In this document: positions 41,300-48,357 of the stretch, in pieces
How the letters are laid out: every line of letters begins with the position of its first letter
How positions within the stretch are numbered: position 1 is the stretch's first letter
From: Chloroflexota bacterium
GTDB lineage: Bacteria; Chloroflexota; Dehalococcoidia; Bin125
Length of the DNA stretch: 60,334 nucleotides
Direction of reading: 5' to 3'
Assembly: GCA_026707335.1 (NCBI GenBank)
Contig: JAPOXB010000100.1
Span: forward strand, 1-60,334
Translations under genes and position numbers: made by a program
The notes under the pieces: generated by a model
What the model was told of the DNA's origin: nothing
Databases searched by the model: none
What the model saw: the letters and a program-made list of their open reading frames with translations, nothing else

Positions 41300-41313
41300 G
41301 CGGGACGTCCCGC
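41300..41313. promoter_or_regulatory. Perfect 14-bp palindrome GCGGGACGTCCCGC upstream of P2
   Basis: Located 14 to 27 nt upstream of the P2 ATG. Could be an operator or a 5'-UTR hairpin. Confidence 0.3.
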
Positions 41314-41431
41314 TGCTTCGGCTCGTCGCGGCGCCGCTCTGGCCGGCCGCGAGGGGCCGCCGGCGGACGGCGCACCGAATGATCATGCCTGATACCCGCG
41401 CCAGTGTCACGGCGGCGCGGCTGCGGGCCGC

Positions 41432-42154
41432 TCAGCGGCCGCGGAATTCGGGCGGCCGCTTCTCGAGGAAGGCGCGCACGCCCTCCGCGCGATCGTCGGT
41501 GCTTTGCAGCAGGATCGTCAGGTCGGTCTCGTAGCGCAGGGCCTGATCGAGCGGCATCTCCAGGCCCCGCGCGACGGCCTCCTTGGCCAGCCGCGTGGCG
41601 ATGGGGCCTCGCGCCGCGATCCGATCGGCGACCGCGCCGGCGAGCGCGGCCGGGTCGTCGCCGCTCTCGGTGACGAGGCCCCAGTCGCGCGCCCACGCGG
41701 CGTCGATCGGGTCGCCCAGCAGGAGTTGCGTGGCTCGCGAACGGCCCACCGCGCGGGCCAGCCGCTGCAATCCCCCCGCGACGGGCAGGCGCCCCGCCGC
41801 GACGCCCGGCAGCCCGAAGCGGGCCCCAGCCTCGCAGACGCGCAGGTCGGCGCAGAGGGCCAGCTCCAGGCCGGCGTCGAGGACGTCGCCGCGCAGCACG
41901 GCGACGGTCGGCTGCGGCAGCGCCGCCAGCGGCCCGAACGGGTCGCCCACCAGGCCCGCCGCCGCCAGCCCGGGCAGCAGCGACGCGGGCCAGCCGCGCC
42001 AGCAGCCCGGCGGCGCGTCGAGGATGAGGACGCGGACCTCCGGCTCCTCCGCGACCGCGACGCAGGCGCCGCGCAGCAGCGCGACCGTGTCCGCGTCCAG
42101 CGTCGCCGGCAGCGTCAGCCGCGCGATGTGCTCGTCCCGGGTGAGTTGGTCCAT
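41432..42154 (-). CDS. Crotonase-fold protein with degenerate active-site motifs
   Basis: 240 aa from ATG 42154 (GGAGGAGAG SD upstream). The C-terminal half is crotonase-like (LDAGLELALCADLRV..., GGLQRLAR, DDRAEGVRAFLEKRPPEF). The G.G..F.AG.D oxyanion motif is replaced by DAPPGCWRGWPAS, and LPE is replaced by LPG. Confidence 0.75.
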   Translation of the reverse strand: MDQLTRDEHIARLTLPATLDADTVALLRGACVAVAEEPEVRVLILDAPPGCWRGWPASLLPGLAAAGLVGDPFGPLAALPQPTVAVLRGDVLDAGLELALCADLRVCEAGARFGLPGVAAGRLPVAGGLQRLARAVGRSRATQLLLGDPIDAAWARDWGLVTESGDDPAALAGAVADRIAARGPIATRLAKEAVARGLEMPLDQALRYETDLTILLQSTDDRAEGVRAFLEKRPPEFRGR

Positions 42155-42216
42155 GCCTGCCGCTCTCCTCCGCAGGATCGCCGCTTCGGCGGCGCGCCGC
42201 AACAGGGAAGTGCGCG

Positions 42217-44646
42217 CTATTCGGCGGGCTCCAGGCGCAAGCGGTGCGCCGCGTCGGCCTCGATGTCCGCGCGCTGCGTGCGCAGTGGCCGCAGGTCGCC
42301 GGCGCGCCAATCGCGCAGCAGGTCGTCGTGGTGCGGGTCGCCGCGACGTCCCACCTGCCCGCCGGCCAGCGTGAACCGGGCGACGGGCGGATCCTGCATC
42401 TCGACGGCCAGCCGCAGGGCGGGGACGCCCGTCACCACCGCGAACGGGTCGGGGCCCAACGGGCTGGCCTGTAGCGGCGCCTGCGCGTCGGAGCCCACCG
42501 GGAACGGCCCGAGGCTGAAAAGCCTGGCCAGGATCGGCACGTCGCCCAGGCCGTGCTTCAGGGTCACCCGGCGCACCCGGCCCCAGGTCCAGCGATCGGG
42601 ATCCCGCCCCAGCCGCTCCTCGAGCAGGGCGACGGCGTCGCGGAAGCTGCGCAGCAGCACGGCGCGCCAGAGGTCGCGGCCACCTCCGGGCGGTGGGGCC
42701 GCATCGAACCAATCGGCGGGGGCGTCGTCGAGCAGCCCGACGACGAGCGATGCCGTGCGCGCGAGCAGAATGTTGAGGTTGGGCACGGCGTGCACGTCGC
42801 CGAAGAAGAGCGGCGCGTGTTCGCCGAGTTTGGCCCGCACGACCGCCTCCAGCAGCCGCGTGTAGGTGACGCCCACGATCGCGGCGGCGACCGACTCGAC
42901 GCCGGCCTCCCCGTCCCAGTCGCGCACGCGCTGGAGCAATCCCTCCTCGCGCTGCCCCACGCCATCGAGGCCGCCGACGTGGCGCGCAACCGCGCGCAAG
43001 GCGATCGAACGCCGGTCGACCTGCAGGGCGCGCATTGTCTCGGGCGTGTGCCGGTCCGACCCGTTGAGCGCCTCGCCGATCCGCTCGGCGCGGTAGGCGT
43101 CGAGGAACTCGCCGTCGAAGTTGAGCCGCTCGACGGGCAGGGGCGCGTGATTGGCGGCCCAGACCCGGCCGCCCGGCGGGTCGAAGAGGTGGGGCAACTC
43201 CTCGGCCGGGACCAGGCGGCCGGGCGCCGCGTCGGGATCCCAGCCGCAGGGCGGCAGCCAGGCCGAGCCGGGCGGCCGCGCCGGCACGTCGCCCGTCATC
43301 TGCAGGCCGATGTGCCCCTCCACGTCGGCGTAGCCGATGACGAGGTTGTACTCGCGGTACGACCTGAGCGCGGCCCGGAACTCGGCGATGTCGCCCGCGC
43401 GCGGCAGGTCCAGCAGCACGCCCAGCGACGTGGGGGCGTCGAGCGCCGCCGATCGCAGGGCCAGAGCGTGGCGCACGCCCGGGATCTGCGGCGAGACGAT
43501 GGGGCCGTTGCGGGTCGTGCGGATGCGGACGACCTCGTCGGGGTGGCCCCGCACCGCGATCCGCTCCTCGATCTCGCCGGCGCGCTCCCAGCCGTCGGGC
43601 GTGCGGTAGCGGCCCGCGTCGTCGAACTCCTCCACGACGGCGTCCTGCGTGCTGGCCAGCCCCGCCGTCGCGCCCCAGGCGATGCGGCGGTTGCATCCCC
43701 AGATGATGCCGGGGAAGCCCGGCGCCGTCGCCCCAGCGACGCTGAACTCGGGGCACTCGACGTGCGCGAAGTGCCCGTAGGGCGGATTGACGGCCGTGAG
43801 GTGGGGGTCGCATGCGAAGAGCGTCGTCCCGGCGGCGGTGGCGCCGGCCGCGACGGCCCAGGCGTTGCTGCCCCCGCGACTCGCGAGGCCGGTCCGCCGG
43901 ACCAGGTCGGCGTAGGCCCCGCGCAGCTCGCGGGACAGGTGGCCGAAGGGGACGCCGGGCGGGATCATCGCGGGCCCGCCGGCCGGGTAGCCGGGGTCGA
44001 GCGCGATCAGCGCCTCCGGGCCCACCTGCTCGATCAGCCGGGCGCGCTGGATCTGCGTCTCCCAGGCCGGCGACAGCATGAAGGTCAGCAGCTTCCCGAA
44101 GAGCGCCGAGTCCCACGGCTGCCAGGGCTCGGGCTCGTAGTCGAGGATGCGCGTCTCCAGCGGGCGCGGGCCGCGCTCCATCGCCGCGTTCACGCCGGCG
44201 ACGTAGGGCAGCACCCGCTCCCGCAGGTCGGCCGGCGTCGAGTCCCAGGCGGCGCGGGCGGCGCGGTGCAGGCCGACGCTGCGCATCAAGCGGTCGGCGG
44301 GCAGCGCCGCCGGCCCGGCGACCTCGGCCATGCGCCCCTGCGACACCCGCCGGTAGAACTCCATCTGCCAGTAGCGATCCTGGGCGTGCACGAAGCCCAG
44401 GCCGAACAGGGCGTCGGCCTCGCCCCCCGCGTAGATGTGCGGCACGGCCGACGCGTCGCGGATGATCTCGACCGGGCCGTTCAGGCCGGGCAGCCGCAGC
44501 GCGCCGTCGATCTGCGGCGGCGCGGGGCGGCGCAGCAGCTCCCCGCCCATCGCACGGACGAAGGCCCCGCCCTGCGACAGGCTCAGGCGCAGCCCGCGCG
44601 CACGGTCGCGCGCATCCGCGGCGGTTGGAGACGGGTATCGGGGCAC
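42217..44646 (-). CDS. Penicillin/aculeacin/AHL acylase family Ntn-hydrolase (peptidase S45)
   Basis: 809 aa. Motifs VPHIYA, FGLGFVHAQDRYWQMEF and the autoprocessing site GGSNAWAV. Start is GTG 44646 or ATG 44550. No hydrophobic signal peptide is visible. Confidence 0.9.
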   Translation of the reverse strand: MPRYPSPTAADARDRARGLRLSLSQGGAFVRAMGGELLRRPAPPQIDGALRLPGLNGPVEIIRDASAVPHIYAGGEADALFGLGFVHAQDRYWQMEFYRRVSQGRMAEVAGPAALPADRLMRSVGLHRAARAAWDSTPADLRERVLPYVAGVNAAMERGPRPLETRILDYEPEPWQPWDSALFGKLLTFMLSPAWETQIQRARLIEQVGPEALIALDPGYPAGGPAMIPPGVPFGHLSRELRGAYADLVRRTGLASRGGSNAWAVAAGATAAGTTLFACDPHLTAVNPPYGHFAHVECPEFSVAGATAPGFPGIIWGCNRRIAWGATAGLASTQDAVVEEFDDAGRYRTPDGWERAGEIEERIAVRGHPDEVVRIRTTRNGPIVSPQIPGVRHALALRSAALDAPTSLGVLLDLPRAGDIAEFRAALRSYREYNLVIGYADVEGHIGLQMTGDVPARPPGSAWLPPCGWDPDAAPGRLVPAEELPHLFDPPGGRVWAANHAPLPVERLNFDGEFLDAYRAERIGEALNGSDRHTPETMRALQVDRRSIALRAVARHVGGLDGVGQREEGLLQRVRDWDGEAGVESVAAAIVGVTYTRLLEAVVRAKLGEHAPLFFGDVHAVPNLNILLARTASLVVGLLDDAPADWFDAAPPPGGGRDLWRAVLLRSFRDAVALLEERLGRDPDRWTWGRVRRVTLKHGLGDVPILARLFSLGPFPVGSDAQAPLQASPLGPDPFAVVTGVPALRLAVEMQDPPVARFTLAGGQVGRRGDPHHDDLLRDWRAGDLRPLRTQRADIEADAAHRLRLEPAE

Positions 44647-44742
44647 TGCCCCGCAGCGTACAGCGGCGCAGTGTACGGAGACGCTCCGTGGGGGCCGTAT
44701 GCTGGCATCCGCCGGCGCGACGCCGGCACGGGAGGGCAGACG

Positions 44743-45516
44743 ATGGATCTGGGACTCAACGGCCGGGCGGCGCTGATCACCGGCGCGTCCGAGGGGATCG
44801 GCAAAGCCTGCGGCTTGGCGCTGGCGGCGGAGGGCGCGGACGTCGCCATCTGCGCCCGGCGGCCGGAGGTCCTGGAGCGCGCCCGCGCCGAGATCGAGGC
44901 CGCCGGTCCGGGGCGCTGCCTGGCCGTGTCCGCCGACATGGGGGTCGCGGCCGACGTGGAGCGCGTCGTCGCGGAGACCGCGGCCGGGCTGGGCGGGATC
45001 GACATCGTCGTCAACAACATGGGCGTCTCAATCCGCGGCGAGGGCGACGACGTCTGGCGGCAGATGTTCGATCTCAACCTGCTGGCCGCCGTGCGCACGA
45101 CCCGCGCCGCGCTGCCCCACCTGCGCGCCCGCGCGACCGCCGAGGCGCCGGCCGCCGTGATCCACATCGGCTCGATCTTCGGGCGCGAGGCGGGCGGCTC
45201 GGCGCAGTACAACGCCATGAAGGCGGCGCTGCACAGCCACGCCAAGGCCCTCTCGGAGGAGCTGGCCCCGGCGCACATCCGGGTCAACTCGGTCGCGCCG
45301 GGGTCGATCGCTTGGCCCGGCAGCCGCTGGCAGACCCGCTACGACGACGACCCGGAGACGATCCAGCGCACGATCCTCGACGGCATCGCCTGGGGGCGCT
45401 TCGGGCGGCCGGAGGAGGTGGCCGACGTCGTCGCCTTCCTCGCCTCGCCGCGGGCCTCGTGGATCACGGGCGCGTGCATTAACGTCGATGGCGGCCAGAG
45501 CCGCTCCAACATCTGA
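44743..45516 (+). CDS. Short-chain dehydrogenase/reductase (classical SDR)
   Basis: 257 aa from ATG 44743 (GGGAGGG SD upstream). Motifs ALITGASEGIGKA, NNMG, S...YNAMKAA and RVNSVAPG. Confidence 0.9.
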   Translation: MDLGLNGRAALITGASEGIGKACGLALAAEGADVAICARRPEVLERARAEIEAAGPGRCLAVSADMGVAADVERVVAETAAGLGGIDIVVNNMGVSIRGEGDDVWRQMFDLNLLAAVRTTRAALPHLRARATAEAPAAVIHIGSIFGREAGGSAQYNAMKAALHSHAKALSEELAPAHIRVNSVAPGSIAWPGSRWQTRYDDDPETIQRTILDGIAWGRFGRPEEVADVVAFLASPRASWITGACINVDGGQSRSNI

Positions 45517-45555
45517 GCCGCGCAACGTCCGCCGCCGGGAGATCGCGCCGCCGCC

Positions 45556-46047
45556 ATGACCGACTCCTCCAGCCCCACGCCGACGCCGGAGCACGCTCGC
45601 CGCGAGCGCACGCGCTACCGCCGCCCCGGCCTCGAGGGGCCGGCCGGCCGCTGGGGACGGCCGTTGCTGGGCGGGGGCGTGGCGATGGCGATCGTCGTCG
45701 CGTTCCTGGCGATCCGCGGCGGCGAGCCGGGCGAGGAGGTCAACGCGCTCACCGGCACCGCGCGCGGCGGCTGGAACCGCGAGGAGGACATCGTGCTGGC
45801 GCTCGTCGCGGGCGGGGCCGCGGCGGTGGGGCTCGGCGCGGCCTTCCTGAGCGAGTACGTGCGTCACTGGACCGCGATCTTCGTCGCAGTGCTGCTGGGC
45901 GCGACGTTCCTCGCGCTGCGCGCCCTGGGCGACCACGAAGGCGCCACGGCCGCGGTCCTGCTGGGCCTGACGATCGGCTTCCTGGCGCTGGGCCTGGGCA
46001 TCGCACTGTTCGACGCCGGGCGCGACCGGCGCCGCAGCCCGCACTGA
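45556..46047 (+). CDS. Hypothetical membrane protein (about 4 TM)
   Basis: 163 aa with hydrophobic stretches VAMAIVVAFLAI, VLALVAGGAAAVGLGAAFL, AIFVAVLLGATFLAL and LLGLTIGFLALGLGIALF. Confidence 0.55.
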   Translation: MTDSSSPTPTPEHARRERTRYRRPGLEGPAGRWGRPLLGGGVAMAIVVAFLAIRGGEPGEEVNALTGTARGGWNREEDIVLALVAGGAAAVGLGAAFLSEYVRHWTAIFVAVLLGATFLALRALGDHEGATAAVLLGLTIGFLALGLGIALFDAGRDRRRSPH

Positions 46048-46064
46048 ACGAGGGAGCGTGAGCG

Positions 46065-47012
46065 ATGACAAGCCAGCAGGTCCCGGACGGCGCCGCGCTG
46101 CCACCGCCGCACATTGAGGAGGTCGGGCCGGGCATCTTCGCCTACCTGCAGCCCGACGGGAGCTGGTGCCTCAACAACGCCGCCTTTCTGACGGACGGCC
46201 GCGGCGTGGTCGTGATCGATGCGCTGGCCACGGAGCGGCGCACGCGCGACCTGCGGGCGGCCATCGCCCGCACGACCGACAAGCCCGTGAGCACGCTGAT
46301 CAACACCCACCACCACCTCGACCACACGCTGGGCAACGCGATCTTCGGGCCCGAGGTGACGATCGTGGCGCACGACCTGTGCCGCGAGGAGATCGTCGCG
46401 GCCGGCGACGGCGTGCTGGCCGGCGCGCAACGGCTCTTCCCGGCCGTCGACTTCGGCGAGGTGGGGGTCGTGCCGCCGATGCTGACCTTCGAAGAGTCGG
46501 CCACGCTCTACGCGGGCGACCTGGCGGTGGAGCTGGAGTACGTCGGGCCGGCGCACACGACGAACGACGTCGTGGCGTGGATCCCGGAGCGCCGCCTGCT
46601 GATCACCGGCGACGTGATCTTCAACCAGGGCACGCCGTTCGCGGCGGCCGGCTCCATCGCGGGCTGGCTGCAGACGCTTGAGGACCTGCGCGAGATCGGC
46701 GCGGAAACGCTGATCCCGGGGCACGGCCCGGTCTGCGGCCCCGAGGTCATCGACGAGGTCGCGGCCTACCTGCGCTTCGTGCAGGAGGTAGCGCGGCGCG
46801 GATTCGAAGCCGGCGCCACCCCGCTGGAACTGGCCCGCGACACCGATCTGGGCCGCTTCGCCCATCTGCTGGACAGCGAGCGCTTGGTGGGCAACCTGCA
46901 CCGGGCCTACTCGGAGTTGCGGGGCGAGGCGCTGGGCGCGGCGATCGACTTCGCCCGCATGGCCGAGGACATGGTGGCGTTCAACGGCGGCCCGGTGCGC
47001 TGCCTGGCCTGA
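46065..47012 (+). CDS. MBL-fold metallo-hydrolase
   Basis: 315 aa. LINTHHHLDHTLGN (HxHxDH), GPAHTTNDV and IPGHGP are present. Confidence 0.85.
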   Translation: MTSQQVPDGAALPPPHIEEVGPGIFAYLQPDGSWCLNNAAFLTDGRGVVVIDALATERRTRDLRAAIARTTDKPVSTLINTHHHLDHTLGNAIFGPEVTIVAHDLCREEIVAAGDGVLAGAQRLFPAVDFGEVGVVPPMLTFEESATLYAGDLAVELEYVGPAHTTNDVVAWIPERRLLITGDVIFNQGTPFAAAGSIAGWLQTLEDLREIGAETLIPGHGPVCGPEVIDEVAAYLRFVQEVARRGFEAGATPLELARDTDLGRFAHLLDSERLVGNLHRAYSELRGEALGAAIDFARMAEDMVAFNGGPVRCLA

Positions 47013-47363
47013 TCAGGGGGCCTCTTCGATCACCGCCGACATCGAGCCTAGGCAGCGCTCGATGCGCGGGTCCGGGCCGTAGTCGTGGATGCGCTGCTGG
47101 TCGTGGCGCACACGGTCGTACGAATTCGTCTCGACGATCGCGCGGCCCTGCGTGTCGACCATGGCGGCGATGGCGAACGCCTTCTCCCGGCTGTAGCCGA
47201 ACAGCCGGCCCAGCATCTCGACGACGTAGGCGTAGCTGTGGTCGTCGTCGTCGAGCAGGATGAGGTGGTAGCGCTTCTCGGGCTCGGCCGACTCCGCATG
47301 GCCGATCTCGGGGCGGCTGACGGTCTCCGGCGCGGATCGCTGCGCCAGGATGCGGTGCGGCAT
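47013..47363 (-). CDS. clpS: ATP-dependent Clp protease adaptor ClpS
   Basis: 116 aa. YHLILLDDDDHSYAYVVEMLGRLFGYSREKAFAIAAMVDTQGRAIV matches the ClpS core pattern. Confidence 0.85.
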   Translation of the reverse strand: MPHRILAQRSAPETVSRPEIGHAESAEPEKRYHLILLDDDDHSYAYVVEMLGRLFGYSREKAFAIAAMVDTQGRAIVETNSYDRVRHDQQRIHDYGPDPRIERCLGSMSAVIEEAP

Positions 47364-47365
47364 GC

Positions 47366-47386
47366 CGTCAGTTTAGCCGCCAGACG
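47366..47386. repeat. 21-nt direct repeat, copy 1 (CGTCAGTTTAGCCGCCAGACG)
   Basis: 19 of 21 nt identical to copy 2 at 47572..47592. Lies 3 nt upstream of the clpS ATG. Confidence 0.7.
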
Positions 47387-47457
47387 CGATGGGCCGCAGG
47401 ACGATCGGTCGGACGCAAAGCGCCCCCGGCGCTATGGTCGGGGGCGGCGGGGCCGCC
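47384..47457 (+). ncRNA. Weak candidate c-di-GMP-I (GEMM-I)-like riboswitch motif, antisense to both neighbours
   Basis: Plus strand reads ACGCGATGGGCC - 5-bp hairpin - GGACGCAAAGC - 10-bp hairpin (47421..47446) - GCGGGGCC. The order and spacing resemble the Vc2 aptamer blocks ACGCACAGGGC / GGACGCAAAGC / GCGGGG as I remember them. Not validated. Confidence 0.2.
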
Positions 47458-47511
47458 GCTTCGGCGGTGTCGGTGCGGGCCGCTCTCCCCTTGCCAACGG
47501 CCCGCGTCGTC

Positions 47512-47527
47512 GGGGGTAGCTACCCCC
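47512..47527. terminator. Perfect palindromic hairpin GGGGGTAGCTACCCCC in the SDR-clpS spacer
   Basis: 6-bp G/C stem with an AGCT loop, and no U-tract. Could terminate either strand. Confidence 0.35.
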
Positions 47528-47571
47528 CGGCGCCGCGCCAGAGTAGCGGACTCCGCGACGGCGCGGCGTGT

Positions 47572-47592
47572 CGTCGGTTTAGCCGCCCGACG
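47572..47592. repeat. 21-nt direct repeat, copy 2 (CGTCGGTTTAGCCGCCCGACG)
   Basis: Contains the TAA stop of the SDR-like gene. Can itself fold (CGTCGG/CCGACG stem). Confidence 0.7.
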
Positions 47593-48331
47593 GTTGCAGC
47601 CGCCGCACGACGCCCGACTCCCCGCTCTCGATCAGCGCCGCCACGGCGGCCGCGATCTCCCGGTTCGGCAGGTCCGGGCGGTCCGGCAGCGCGACCGGGT
47701 GGGCGGCTCCGGCCGGCGCCGCCTCCTCCAGCTGGTCCCGGCCGAAGCCGACCTCCAGGGCGGCCACGGCGATGTCCCATTCGGCCCACTCCGCAGCCAG
47801 CGACCGGGTCAGCGCCAGCAGGCCGCCCGCCGCCGCCGCGTAGGCCGCGAACCCCGCGTGGCCCTCGACGGCGGGGGCGCAGACCAGGCTCACGATCGCG
47901 CCGCCGCGGCCGTGCATCGCGTGGTCGCGCATCATCACGCGGCCCGCCGCCTGACAGGCCAGCGCCGCCGACGTCAGGTTGGCGTCCAGCATCTCCGCCC
48001 ACTCGTCGGGGCCGGTCTCGTCGAAGGGCAGCGCCAGCAGGCGGTCCTGCGCGTTGACCAGGATGTCGAGCCGCGACCACTCGCTGTCGACCTGCTGCAC
48101 CGCGGCTTCGACCAGGCTGGGCACGCGCAGGTCGATGGGCACTGCCAAGCCGCGCCGGTCCAGCGCCCAGAGTTCATTGGCGACCGAGTGGACCCGGAAG
48201 TCCTCGCGCTCGTCGCGGCTCACACCGGCCACCGCCACGTCGGCCCCGCGCTCCCCCAGCGCGACCGCGATCGCGCGGCCCAGCGGGCGCTGCGCGCCGA
48301 TCACCAGGGCGGTCCGGCCCGCCAGGTCCAT
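47579..48331 (-). CDS. SDR-fold protein with degenerate cofactor and catalytic motifs (probable non-catalytic SDR)
   Basis: 250 aa from ATG 48331. The Rossmann start reads ALVIGAQRPLGRA instead of TGxxxGxG. The catalytic segment reads AAYAAAAGG instead of YxxxK (Lys replaced by Ala). Confidence 0.8.
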   Translation of the reverse strand: MDLAGRTALVIGAQRPLGRAIAVALGERGADVAVAGVSRDEREDFRVHSVANELWALDRRGLAVPIDLRVPSLVEAAVQQVDSEWSRLDILVNAQDRLLALPFDETGPDEWAEMLDANLTSAALACQAAGRVMMRDHAMHGRGGAIVSLVCAPAVEGHAGFAAYAAAAGGLLALTRSLAAEWAEWDIAVAALEVGFGRDQLEEAAPAGAAHPVALPDRPDLPNREIAAAVAALIESGESGVVRRLQPSGG

Positions 48332-48357
48332 GGCGCTCTCCGCCGGCCCGGCGCGCG

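Noticed and set aside
41432-44116. Long 5' extensions of track ORFs (also 48358..49935, 18136..20382, 51323..52930, 31060..32643, 940..2223, 488..1321)
   Set aside because: In each case the recognisable protein begins at an internal ATG or GTG preceded by a good SD. The upstream part is low-complexity and overlaps another real gene in a different frame.
47459-47490. Glycine-riboswitch-like GGGGAGAG ... CCGCCGAAG on the minus strand upstream of clpS
   Set aside because: There is no downstream CUCUCAGG partner for the GGAGAG strand and no GCAA block. The CCGCCGAAG string is simply one arm of a GC hairpin.
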